A stretch of 64,000 nt of DNA from Octopus sinensis (lineage: Eukaryota), in contig NC_043011.1 in NCBI RefSeq assembly GCF_006345805.1, positions 45,830,464-45,894,463 of the forward strand, read 5' to 3'. Position numbers and translations under genes: made by a program. Positions 20,907 to 33,620 of the stretch are shown one piece after another. Under the pieces are notes generated by a model that searched no databases, was not told where the DNA came from, and saw only the letters and a program-made list of their open reading frames with translations. Each line of letters begins with the position of its first letter. Position 1 is the first letter of the stretch.

Positions 20907-23900
20907 GCCAGCCAGGTCAGGCCAGGTCAACCAAGCCAGGCCAGGCCAGCCAGCCAGGCAAGCCCAGGACCGGCCAGGGCCAGCCTAGGCCAGTGCCGGG
21001 GCAAAGCCGGGGCAGCAAGGCATCCAAAACTGGGCCAGTCAGCCAGCCTAGGCCAGTTTCCAGCCAGCAATTCAAATCTGGGCCAGCCTGGCAGCCAAGA
21101 CCTGGCTAGCCAGCCAGCCTAAGCCAGTTTCCAGCCAGCAAAACAAAGCCGGGGCAGCCAAGGGGCGGGCAGCCAGCCAGCCAGCCATGGCTTGCGTCAG
21201 CCACTCACCCAAGCCTGGACCAGCCAGCCAGCCAGCCAGCTTAGGGCAGTTTCAAGCCAGCAAGCCAAGACCGGGCCAGCCAGGCATCCAAAACTGGGCC
21301 AGCCAGCCAGCCAGCCTAGGTCAGTTTCCAGCCAGCAAGCCAAATCCGGGACAGCCTGTCAGCCAAGGCCCAGCCAGCAAGCTAGCCTACGTCAGTTTCC
21401 AGCCAGCAAGCCAAATCCGGGCCATCCTGGCAGCCAAGGCCCAGCCAGCAAGCCAAGGCGGGGCCAGCCAGGCTGCCAAAAAGCATCCAGGCAGCCAGCC
21501 TAGGACAATTTCCAGCCAGCAAACCAAGGATGGGCCAGCCAGCCAAGGCCAGAGCCAACCAGCCAGCAATTCAAGGCCGGGCCAACAAGGCAAACAAAGG
21601 CGTGCCAGCCAGGCAACCTAGGCCAGTTTCCAGTTAGCAAGCCAAGGGCGGGCCAGTCAGGCAGCCAGGCGAATGCTGGACCAGCCAGGCAGCCAACATG
21701 CAGCCAGGAAACCAAGGCTGGGCAAGCCATGCAGCCAGCCATCCTAAGGACATCCAGCCAGCCAGCCTAGGCCTGTTTCCAGCTAGCAAACTAAGGCCAG
21801 ACCAGCCAAGCAGCCAAGGCCCAGCCAGCCTAGGCAAGTTTCCGGGCAGCCAGCCAAGGCCATTTACCAGCCAGCAAACCAAGGTTGGACTAGCCAAGCA
21901 TCCAAGGGACGGCCAGCCAGCTAGCCTAGTCCAGTTTCCAGCCAGCAAGCCAAGAGCGGGCCAGCCAGGCATCCAAGGCCCAGCCAGCCAGCAAGACCAG
22001 GCAGTTTGCTGCCAGCCAACCAAGTCCGGGCCAGCCAGGCAGCCAAGGCCCAGCCAGGCAGCCAAGGCCCAGCCAGGCAGCCAAGGCCCAGCCAGGCAGC
22101 CAAGGCCCAGCCAGCTGAGGCCAGTTTCCAGCCAGCAAACCATGGCCGGTTCAGCCAAGCAGCCAAGAACTGGCCAGCCAGCCAGTCTAGGCCAGTTTCC
22201 AGCCAGCAAACCTTGGCCGGGCCAGTCAGGTGACCATGGACCAGCCCGCCAGTTTCCAGCTAGTAAACCAAGGCTGGACCAGCCAACCAGCCAAGGACTG
22301 GCCAGCCAGCCAGCCTAGATCAGTTTCCAACCAGGAAGCCAAGGCCGGGCCAGCCAGCCAGGCTAGGCCAGTTTCCAACCAGTAAACTAAGGCCGGACCT
22401 ACCAAGCAGCCAAGGCCAGGCCAGCCAGCCAAGGCCACTTTCCAGCCAGCAAACCAAGGCCATGACAGCAAGCCTAGGCCAGTTTCCAGCCAGCAAGCCA
22501 TGAGCGGGCCTGCCAGACACCCAAGGATCTGCCAGCCAGCCAGTCGAGGTGAGTTTTCAGGCAGCAAATCAAGGCCGGGCATGCCAGGCAGCCAAGTCCC
22601 ATCCAGCCAGCAAGCTAAGGCCAGTTTTCAGGCAGTCAAGGCCTGGCCAGCCAGGCAGCCAACATGCAGCCAGCCAGCCAGTCTAGGCCAGTTTCCAGCC
22701 AGGAAACCAAGGCTGGGCAAGCCAGGCAGCCAGCTAGGCATCCAAGGATCAGCCAGCCAGCCCAGGCAGTTTCCAGCCTGCAAACCAAGTCCGGGCCAGT
22801 GAAGCAGCGAAGGCCCAGCCAGCCAGCCAGTCTGGGCAAGTTTCAGCCAGCAAGCCAAAGCCGGGCCACCCAGGCAGCCAAGACCTGCCTATCCAGCCAG
22901 CCAGGTGCGAGGACCATGCAGCCAGCTAGTCTTGGCCAGTTTCCAGCCAGCAAGCCTAGGCCATGCCAGACAGGCGGCGAAGGATCGGCCAGCCAGCCAA
23001 AGCCAGTTTCCAGCTAGTAAACCAAGGCCGGACCAGCCAAGCAGCCAAGGACTGGCTAGCCAGCCAGCCTAGGCCAGTTTCCAGCCATGAAGACAAAGCC
23101 GGGCCAGCTAGGTAGCCAAGTATCAGCCAGCCTTAGCTAGTTTCAAGCCAGCAATCCAAGACTGGGCCAGCCAGGCAGCCAAGGATCATCCAGCCAGCCA
23201 GCCAGCCAAGGCGAGTTTTCAGGCAGCACACCAAAGCTGGGCAAGGCAGCAAGCTAAGGCCAGTTTTCAGCCAGCAAACCAAGGCCTGGCCAGCCAGCCA
23301 GCAAACCTACGCCGTTCCAGCCAGGCAGCCAAGTACCAGCCAGCCAGCCTAGGCTAGTTTTCAGCCAGCAAATAAGGCCCGGCCAGCCAGGCAGCCAAGG
23401 ACCGTGTAGCCTGGCCAACCTAGGCCAGTTTACAGCCGGCGAACCAAGGTCGGGCCAGCCAACTTAGGCCAGTTTCCAGCCAGGAAGCCAAGGCCGGGCC
23501 AGCCAGGCATCCAAGGCCAGAGCCAGCCAGCAAGCCAAAGCCCAGGCAGCCAAAACCTGGCCAGCCAGCCAGCCTAAGCCAGTTTCAAGCCAGCAAGCCA
23601 AGGCCGGGCCAGCCAGCCAAGCGTGGGTCAACCTGGCTGCCAAGGACCATCCAGTCAGCCAGTCTAGGCCAGTTTCCAGCCAGCAAACCTAGGCTGGGCC
23701 AGACAGGGGGCCAAGGACTGGCCAACCAGCCAGCCAAAGCCAGTTTCCAGCTAGTAAACCAAGGCCGGACCAGCCAAGCAGCCAAGGCCTGGCTACCCAG
23801 TCAGCCTAGATCAGTTTCCAGCCAGGAAGCCATGAGCGGGCCAGCCAGGCAGCCAAGGATCAACCAGCCAGCCAGCCTTAGCCAGTTTCAAGCCAGGAAT

Positions 23901-24593
23901 CCAAGGCCGGGCCAGCTAGGCAGCCAGCCAGCCAGCCAGCCAGCCTTAGCTAATTTCAAGCCAGCAATCCAAGGCTGGGCCAGCCAGGCAGACGGCGAAT
24001 GACCATCCAGCCAGGCAGCCGTGGAACGTCCAGCCAGCTAGCCTAGGCCAGTTTCCAACCAGCAAACTAAGGCTGGACCAGCCAAGCAGCCAAGGCCTGG
24101 CCACCCAGCCAGCCTAGGCCAGTTTCCAGCCAGCAAGCCATGAGTGGGCCAGCCAGGCAGCCAAGGGTTGTTCAGCCAGCCAGCAAGCTAACGCCAGCCA
24201 GCCAGCCTAGGCCAGTTTCTAGCCAGTAAACCAAGGCTGGGCCCAACAGGCAGCCAGGGCCTGGCCAGCTAGCCACCCTAGACAAGTTTCCTGCTAGCAA
24301 GCCAAGTGTGGGCCAGCCAGGCAGCCGTGGAACGTCCAGCCAGCCAGCCTAGAATAGTTTCCAGCCAGCAAACTAAGGCTGGATCAGCCAAGCAACCATG
24401 GCCCAGCCAGCCAGCCTATGCCAGTTTCCAGCCAGCAAACTAAAGCCAGGGCAGCCAAGGCCCGGTCAGCCAGCCAAGGCCAGTTTCAAGCCAGCAAGCC
24501 AAATCTGGGCCAGTCCAGCCAGCCAGCTAACTTATGCCAGTTTCCAGCCAGCAAGCCAAGGTCGGGCCAGCCAGGCAACCAAGAACCATCCAT

Positions 24594-24632
<39 letters not shown>

Positions 24633-25343
24633 AGTACCGTCCAGCCAGCCTAGGCCAGTTTGCAGAGACCAAACCAAGGCTGGGCCAGCCAACCTAGGCC
24701 AGTTTCCAGCCAGCAAGCCAAGTGCGGGCCAGCTAGGCATCCAAGGACCGGCCAGCTGGCCACTCTCAGCCAGTTTCTAGCCAGCAAACCAAGGCTGGTC
24801 CAGCCAAGCAGCCAAGGCCTGGCCAGCCAGCCAGACCAGGCCAGTTTCGAACCAGCCAGCCTGGCAGCCAAGGACGGTCCAGCCAGCCAGCCTAGGCCAG
24901 TTTCCAGCCAGCAAACCTAGGCCGGGCCAGACTGGTGGCTAATCACCGGCCAGCCAGTAAACTAAGGCCGGAGCAGCCAAGTAGCCAAGGACCGTCCAGC
25001 CAACCAGCCTATGCCAGTTTGCAGTCAGGCAGCCCAGGCCTGCCCAGCCAGCCAGCCAGCCTATGCCAGCATGCCAAGGCCAGGCCAGCCAGCTAGCCCA
25101 GGACCTTCCAGCTAGCCAGCCAAGGGCCGGCCAGTCAGCCAAGCCAGGACCAGCCAGGCAGCCTAGGTCAGTTTCCAGCCTGGTAGCCAAGGCTGGGCCA
25201 ACCAGCCAGCCAGCCTAGGCCAATTTCCAGCCAATAAGGAAAGGCAGAGCCAGCCAGGCACCCTAAGTTCGGCCATCCAGCTAGCCTAGGCCAGTTTGTA
25301 GCCAGCCCTGGTCATGGCTGGCTGGCTGGCCCTGGCCTTGGTT
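20907..25343. repeat. GC-rich degenerate tandem array, unit about 70 bp built from CCAG/CCAAGG/CCTAGG modules
   Basis: The anchor GGCCAGTTTCCAGCCAGCAA recurs roughly 55 times (hand count), with spacing often 68-73 bp. The + strand is very T-poor and the edges against AT-rich DNA are sharp. Confidence 0.92.
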
Positions 25344-28300
25344 GAGCATTGGGGTCAAGTTAATCTCCCCTAAAATTTCTGTCCTTGTACCAAAGTTTGA
25401 CACTTATGTTAATCTCAATGGTATATAGATTTTATAGCTAAGGCGGCGAGCTGGCAGAAACATTAGCACGCTGGGCGAAATGCATAGCCGTATTTCGTCT
25501 GCCGTTACATTCTGAGTTCAAATTCCGCTGAGGTTGACTTTGCCTTTCATCCTTTCGGGGTCGATAAATTAAGTACCAGTTATGCACTGGGGTCGATGTA
25601 ATCGACTTAATCCGTTTGTCTGTCCTTGTTTGTCCTCTCTGTGTTTAGTCCCTTGTGGGCAGTAAAGAAATAGGTATATAGATTTTGTGTGAAACTAGTT
25701 TTGATTGTTATCATCCTATAAGCATATATACTAAATCTTAGTCCAATTATTATATTATTCATAGGCTTGGAAACAAGAGGTGCAGTGGGGGTGCAAACAC
25801 ACCCCTTGAAATTTTTGTTGGGCAGTGAAAACACTTTGAGCACTATCCTGAAAAACTGGGTTTGCACACACTAAACAAATTTCGTTCTTGCATTTATAAC
25901 AAGTATATGTTTATTTCCTCTGAAGCAAACTCAAAATTTTAATGAAACCCACCCATGGTTAATCATATCTATATAAATGCTGTTGGCATAAGAGAGAGAG
26001 AGAAGATTGGCTATGTAGTTTTATTAATAAAATGCTGAAAGATCAGCTTGTAACCTTGAAGCTTTAATCTGCTTCGTCATTGATATAGTGTTCACCTTTC
26101 CATGATGGCATGGATTAGCTTGATCAATTTAGCAGCTGTTTAGCATTATGTAACAGAGATTATCTTACTGATACTTCCTAGAGAATAGACTAGATTATAT
26201 AGCAGAACACACACACACACAAACACACACATACATTTTCTCTCTCTCTTTCATATTTGAAGACACGCAAACTTAGGTAGAGTTTCTGATGTTTTCTCGT
26301 ACAGGTATATTGATACATGTACATACATGTTCCCACATGTTCCATTCACAATATGCATATTCATGGGCACTCTCGTGTCCACATGCATACAGATTATTAT
26401 ATGCACTGGTGCACATAGGCACAGGTGTGGCTTTGTGGTAAGACGTTTGCTTCCTAGCAACATGGTTCTGGGTCCAGTCCCACTGCATGGCATCTCAAGC
26501 AAGTGTCTTCTACTAAAAGGCGGTGAGCTGGCAGAAATGTTAGTACACTGGGTGAAATGCTTGCGGTATTTCATCTGTCTTTACGTTTTGAGTTCAAATT
26601 CCGCCGAGGTCAACTTTGCCTTTCATTCTTTTGGAGGCGATAAATTAAGTACCAGTCAATGTAATTGACTTAATCCCTTTGTCTGTCAATGTAATCGACT
26701 TAATCCCTTTGTCTGTCCCCTCTGTGTGTAGCCCCTTGTGGGCAATAAAGAAATAAGTGTCTTCTACTATAGACTCAAGGTGACCAAAGCTTTGTGGATT
26801 ACTTTGGTAGATGGAAACTGAAAGAAGCCTGTGTGTATGTGTGTGTGTCTTTTTGACTGTGTTTGACCCCCCATCCTCACTCTTTATTGCCCACAAGGGG
26901 CTAAACATAGAGGGGACAAACAAGGACAAATAAAGGGATTAAGTCGATTACATCGACCCTAGTGCGTAACTGGTACTTAATTTATCGACCCCGAAAGGAT
27001 GAAAGGCAAAGTCGACATCAGCAGAATTTAAACTCAGAACGTAACATAATGGCAATGAGTTTTGGTGTGTTGAAGTTCACATAACTTAGCAGTCTGGCAA
27101 AAGAGATTGATATAATAAGTATCAAAAAATTCTTCAGGATAGTGCCTATTAGTCTAATAATGACTGAGACAAATAAAAGAAGATAAATTCACACATTCTT
27201 GTATACAAACACATTTATATACAATTCTTTATATACTTTCTTTCTTGAAGTATATGTATGTGTTTACACAAATGCATGTACACACATCTATGTGCATAAA
27301 TTTGGGTGAAAATATTGCACATATTTGCAAAAGAGTTTTCAATTCAATAATAAATTCAAAGAAATCAATAAATTGTACCATATTTACACATGCCCATCAG
27401 ATGCATTAGTAAACGTATATGCAAACCTGCAGTTCCAAACGCCCATGTTCGTTTACAATTCTAAATTCTTACCTACTTACATAGATACAGACACTTTTGT
27501 AAATGCATGTATATGCACACATTCAAACTTTCACACAGGTTTATGTTTATATCTGTACAAGGCCGATATATAAAAATGCTATCAATGATAGCAGTGTCTG
27601 TCAGTTTAAAGAACAGAATTGTTTATAGATTTCATTGTAGATTAAACAAAAATGTTACTCTAAAAGTTGGAATAATCTTATTTTACATGTTTGGCTCTGA
27701 GACTTAAACAGGGCGTTTATTTTTTTTTTTTTAAATGCTAACATCTATAATTTGTATCATTCTGTAGTGAATGGATATTGATCAGCACAGCTATTATCCC
27801 ACGGAGAACTTACACATGAAATCAATAATCTTGTTTTGGATGTTAATTCTCTTGGAATATTTTCTAACTCCATTGTAGCTTATATTTCCTCCACTCCCTA
27901 GACCTTAATTCTGCTTTTTGTCATTCTTTCATGTCTCATTCATTCAACTCAGTTATGAAAACCAAGTTAAAAGAAATGATCTATATTACATGTTTAATAA
28001 TTCTGTCATTTGAAAACCTGTTGTAGACCATACAAGATGATGCCAATAATCAATGCATTAATACTAGTGGCATTTTTTTTTTTTGCCTTTCTTATTTTGG
28101 TTTTTTCTTCTCTTGTATATTTTCTTCATGAAAATGCGTGGTGGGGCATGTAAAATTTTTCTCAGTGTTGGATAGTTTTCCTTTTGTCCACGATTTTTCA
28201 ATACATATTTTGTCTATAGTTGCTGTGTGCAAGTTATTGTGAAGCAGTTGCCTAGCAACTAACAAAATAGATGTTTGCTCACCATTTTTCTTTCTTGTTT

Positions 28301-28636
28301 TCTCTTCCTATTTTTCCCCAAACAAACCATGTACGTTCCGTTTGATCCCATCAGGGGATAAAGATAGGTATTGCCAGAGTCTGAGTGCAGGGTTGAAAAA
28401 TGTCGGTTCCGATCTGGTATAAACATCAGATGTTGAAAGATTAATCTCTTGGAACGAAACGGTTGAAAAAAGATGACAGGATATGAATGTTGCATGAAAT
28501 GATTCTTTTTCAATGGAAATGTCATACCATTTTGTTAGCGTGGAACAGGTCTTGCTGTCATACCCTATCTGTAGATTCTAAATCCTTGAAAGTAGTGTCA
28601 CACGAAGAGTAATGATGTTAATATTGGTCAAACAAT

Positions 28637-28823
28637 TTAATCTTTTAGCATTTAAACTGACCATATGTGGCCCAAATATTCTACCTGTTTTATGTTCAAA
28701 TCACCCAGATCCTGTTTCTCACACTTACCCTACAATGTCTTTCTAAAACTAAACCACGTCATTGAAATATTGAAGCAAAAAGATTAGGCATGATTAATTA
28801 AAGACAATGTGTTAAAGGGTTAA
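28637..28823. mobile_element. piggyBac-type MITE, internally deleted
   Basis: TTAATCTTTTAGCATTTAAAC...TTAAAGGGTTAA, with the same body as the other copies. Confidence 0.65.
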
Positions 28824-29111
28824 GGAATTTGATTGGACTTTCATGAAATAAAGATTTTCTTTTGATTGTCTCTATGAATGCAATAGCACTCCTAAATATT
28901 GTATAAATGTTCAAGCAGGCATAAAATAATCTGCCTGTAGTTCATGGAAAAAATCCATCACCACTATAAAAAAAAAAAAGACTGTGAAGATGGTTGTTAT
29001 CCCCTAAGTCCAACTCCTGAAATTACTGCAGAGCTTACTATAGTCACTACCACTGCTGACATCTTAATATCTGCTTTTCCATTCTTGTTTGGATTAGACA
29101 GGATGAATTAT

Positions 29112-29156
29112 TCTGTGCTGATGAAGGGAAATAATCCGGAAATAGCAATACACAGA
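29112..29156 (+). ncRNA. Solo type I hammerhead motif, third family
   Basis: TCTGTG-CTGATGA-A-GGGA(AATAA)TCCG-GAAAT-AGCA-ATA-CACAGA. Stem I is 6 bp and both core boxes are intact, but there is a G-G mismatch at the base of stem II. Confidence 0.6.
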
Positions 29157-29416
29157 TATTGTTTTGAGCTGAGTGGGGGTGCTAGATTCCCTTGTTCAAA
29201 AATATAAGGACACAGATCGTGTTGTGTAGCCAATTAGAGAAGATGTCTCATGGGGCTAAATTACAGCAACATTCATCTTAAACCAGGACTGCCATGTTAT
29301 GTTGGCAAATAATCTTTACTCTAAAGTACTGTTGCTGAATATCTCTCGTTGTGAGATTTACAAATAGTAATTTTCTAACTATATGGGTGACAGATATTTT
29401 AAGCATATTAAGTGAG

Positions 29417-29733
29417 GGCGCGTGGCTTAGTGGTTAGGGCATTCGGCTCATGATCGTAAGGTTGTGAGTTCGATTCCTGGCGACGCGTTGTGTCCTTGAG
29501 CAAGACACTTTATTTCACGTTGCTCCAGTCCACTCAGCTGGCAAAAATGAGTTGTACTTGTATTTCAAAGGGTCAGCCTTGTCACTCTCTGTGTCACGCT
29601 GATTATCCCCGAGAACTACGTTAAGGGTACACGTGTCTGTGGAATGCTCAGCCATTTGCACGTTAATTTCATGAGCAAGCTGTTCCGTTGATCGTATCAG
29701 CTGGGACCCTCGTCGTCGTAACCGGCGGAGTCT
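29417..29733 (+). mobile_element. tRNA-derived SINE family E; older copy at 5090-5373(-)
   Basis: The head GGCGCGTGGCTTAGTGGTTAGGGC...GAGTTCGATTCC shares the family D core but has a different 3' half. Confidence 0.8.
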
Positions 29734-30657
29734 TTAGAAAGCATATTAATAGGAGTTTCCCTGTCTTCATATTCCTAATTGCTTAGTCTATCTAGCTTTT
29801 TCCTTAACTTCAATTCTTTAATTTTGTTCAGAGGTCCATTCTCATTTTTCTTTCGGCTACCCACTCCCATGAGCCTAATCTTTTACATGTCTCTGTTCTT
29901 GTTTTGTTTTCTTTTTTCTTCCTTCTTCCTTCCTTTTCTTTTCTGGTAATTTTCTTCCATTCTAATTTATTACTGTCAGTTTAAATCTATTTAACTGTTT
30001 ACCTGAATTTTCCCCATCTGTTTCCTTTGCTTTTCCCTTCTAATTACATGCTCATCCTTTGCCCTCCTCTATCTCCTTTTTCCTTCATTCTATCACCATT
30101 CTTTTTTCTCAATCACCTTCTCCCTGCTTTAAGACAGATTCTCTGATCATCCTGCTAACTGCTAAATATAGGGCTATTTTTGTTTACCATTTCTATTTTG
30201 AACTGTCCAACCGAGTACGGTAGAATTATGTAAGAGTTATCTTACACAACTACTAGAATCAGCTGTATAAAATGCATTCAAAATATACGATTTTATTTTA
30301 TTCTTTTATCACATGACTCTTTTCCATAATGATAAAGCCTGTCCTTGTTTGGATAAGACTATTTAACACAAGGATATATGTGTGGAATATTTAAATGAAT
30401 CCCGACTCAAAAATTTCTGGTGAAGTGCATAGCATCAAAGCACACCAATCAAAATATGTATACACACACACACATACACACACATACACACTTGTATAAG
30501 TGTGTATATGCATGTACGTGTGTGTCCGTATATGCTTTCATATGTACATTTATGTGCTTATATATATATAAACATATGATGAGGATTCCGTTGATCAGTA
30601 AATGTTATTACTTCCTCCCATATTGATGTGTTAATGAGTGAGCTTTCCTCTAACACA

Positions 30658-31059
30658 TCTCTCTATATATAAACGGCAGTTTGTCTGTCTGTGTGTCTGT
30701 GTGGCTGTCAGGTTGTACCCTCACCCTGACCACGGCTTTCAACCGATTCTGTTGAAACTTGACACACACATAGCCCAATGTCATAATTCAAAACTAACGC
30801 AGCGAAAATTTTGAAAAGTTCCCCCAGTTCTGAAAAAAATCGATAAATTCGACATGGGGTCGAGAATCTAAGCTTTTTATATGCAACACATTTTCTGTCG
30901 GGAGACAGCTAGGAACATCGTATACATAGAAGTATTCGAGTGAAGAGAAGACATTGCAACCTACGCATGCGCCTTCGTTCCCTAGAGGGAAAGAACTAGA
31001 TTAGTCGTTGCCTACTAGGGGCTCTTACATACCCGGGCAACGCCGGGCTATGCTGCTAG
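30658..31059 (+). mobile_element. Non-autonomous mini-Helitron (402 bp)
   Basis: It starts A|TC and ends with the hairpin CCCGGGCAACGCCGGG followed by CTAG|T. It contains the codons TARNIVYIEVFE*, resembling the RepHel helicase C-terminus. Confidence 0.85.
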
Positions 31060-31537
31060 TGTACCTTTAACATAATTGTAAGGCAGAATCAGTGTCACAT
31101 TGTGGTGTGATCAAGCTCTTCGATTGAATTTTTCATTTAATTCTTGTGGCAAACTTCTATACATTTTCTGTTTCTGTCAGCTGAATTTCACTCACAATAT
31201 ATGAAGCATTCTTAGGTCATAGAAAATCACATTTGTTGGTGTGTTACACTGTGGAATTGAACTCAGGCTCATGTTGTTTTAAAGTGAATGCCTTATGCTT
31301 TCAGCTCTATCTTTCTCCCACTATATCTATCTATCTATCTATCATTTTATTTTTTTTATTTATTTATTTATTTTTTGTTCTTTTCTTCCCTTTTACGATC
31401 CCTCTTGATCGAAAACCTACGCCACCCCCTTTTTTTTGTTTCTTTTGTTTTTTTGTTTTTTTCATCCCCCAAAAGAAAAGCTCTACCTTGTAACTTGTCC
31501 CATCTGTGTGTAGCCCTGTGTGGCCAATAAAGAAACT

Positions 31538-31830
31538 TATCTATCCATCCATCCATCCATCCATCCCTCTATCTATCTATCTATCTATCCATCTATCTAG
31601 CTATCTATCCATCCATCTATCTATCTGTATATCTATCTATCCATCTATCTAGCTATCTATCTATTTAGCTATCTATCCATCTATCTATCTGTCTATCCAT
31701 CTATCTATCTATCTATCTATAGACATCTATATATCTATCCATCTATCTATCTATACAAATATAGACATCTATCTATCTATCTATCTATCTATACACATCT
31801 ATATCTGCCTATCTACACATATATATATAT
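31538..31830. repeat. (TCTA/TCCA)n compound microsatellite
   Basis: Direct reading. Confidence 0.95.
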
Positions 31831-33177
31831 ATGCTCACATATTTGTATATCTATGTATTTATCTACAATATGTGTATATATGCACACATGTACGCTCACA
31901 TGAACTGTGTGTGTATTTAAATGTGTGTATGTCTCTGTATATACTTACACAACCACAAGAATGTTGCTTGTGGTTTAAAAAAAAATAAGCGAAAAGACAT
32001 TGGAAACCTAAATATATATTTAGAAATCTTTGTGAATCTGAAAAGACAGAAATAGGGGGAAATGTTGAAGGTGATGAAGTCATGAAGTTAAAAAGCAGCA
32101 TCATGTAATCACTTTGAATGGACTGACCCGTCATAGAATGTAGTAAATGTCAGTTAAAATCGAACTAGAAATAAAATATAGCTGTCAGCTTGATGTATGG
32201 AACCTGTAAAAGTATGGACAAATTGGCATTAAAATAATTGCATCTCACTTCTCATTTCTCTTCTTGTTTAAGATGGCAAATGAAAAGCGTGTTCTAATAG
32301 GTATTGAAGGGTATTGCTTTTTGCTTTTAGGTCCAAGTATGGATTAACATCCATCCATTCGTTGCCTGTTGTTTAAAGTACATTCCGCCTCTTTCGATAA
32401 AGCTTTCTTCCTAATAGTGTTGTGTCTGGTAAGCTGATAGCAGGAGAAATCTCTGTTAAAACTTGGAATCATGAACGTGACATTTTCAGCCTCTTTAATC
32501 AGCATTAAATACTTAGCTGAGTGGGCACCGAGAAGAAAGAAATAAAATAGCCATGTAGTAATTATCTGTCTATAGTGTGATGTCACCGACTTGGGTGAAA
32601 TTATTCAGAAGAGCAACAACAGCAATATAAATGCACTACTTTTAATATTCGCTTTTGATCATTGCTAGCAATAGAAGTTAGACATTTAAAAAAAACAAAA
32701 CAAAAAAAAAAGCAAAAAAAAAACATTGCAATGATATGCTATCATTCCCTTGATGGTGACTTACCCACTGAAAAGAATAAGCATTTTTTTGTTGTCTTTG
32801 ATTTCAGCAGTTTCTTTCATTGATTATTTCATGGTGACAGAATAAATTCTTATTAAATAAATAAAAACAAATGTTAGTTTTTAATAATTGCTTAAGAAAT
32901 ATTTCAGTATTGCTTTACTATCAATAACATAGATCAACAACCAGCTTGTATGTATTACAGCTAGGTAAAGCATCATACCTACTATACAAAAGGCTGATGT
33001 TTCAAATTCTAATGTGTGTTATATAGGTTTATTGATTCTTTAGTTATGAAAAGAAAAGCCTTATAAACTACTTCACAGATCAGCAGTTCAGTTATTGTAA
33101 CTTACCACTTGTTATTATTTTCATTCTTTATCCATCTCACAATATGGTGCTTTGTATTAAAATGATTTACAATATAT

Positions 33178-33341
33178 ATAGGTGCAGGAGTGGCTGTGTG
33201 GCAAGTAGCTTGCTTACCAACCACATGGTTCCAGGTTCAGTCTCACTGCGTGGCACCTTGGGCAAGTGTCTTCTACTATAGCCTCGGGCTGACCAAAGCC
33301 TTGTGAGTGGATTTGGTAGAAACTGAAAGAAGCCCATCATA

Positions 33342-33401
<60 letters not shown>

Positions 33402-33620
33402 CATGTGTATATATTTGTGTGTCTGTGTTTGTCTCCCCCAACATCGCTTGACAACCGATGCTGGTGTGTTTACGTCCCTGTAACTTAGCGATTCAGCAAA
33501 AGAGACCGATAGAATAAGTACTAGGCTTACAAAGAATAAGTCGTGGGGTCAATTTGCTCGACTAAAGGCGGTGCTCCAGCATGGCCACATTCAAATGACT
33601 GAAACAAGTAAAATGAGTAA
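33178..33620 (+). mobile_element. SINE family A, full-length copy
   Basis: It has the complete head, the GGCACCTTGGGCAAGTG core, the internal microsatellite and the tail. Confidence 0.85.

Noticed and set aside
21187-25190. Many ORFs up to 206 aa encoding PASLGQFPASKPRPGQPGSQG-like or WLAG-rich repeats
   Set aside because: They are translations of the 70-bp array in all six frames. Unit lengths of 70-71 shift the frame, stops are frequent, and I found no splice signals or unique domain. A repetitive structural protein is unlikely unless reads show the indels are errors.
20907-25343. CRISPR-like or repeat-spacer interpretation of the array
   Set aside because: The sequence between anchors is itself repetitive with no unique spacers. 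There are no cas genes and the context is eukaryotic.
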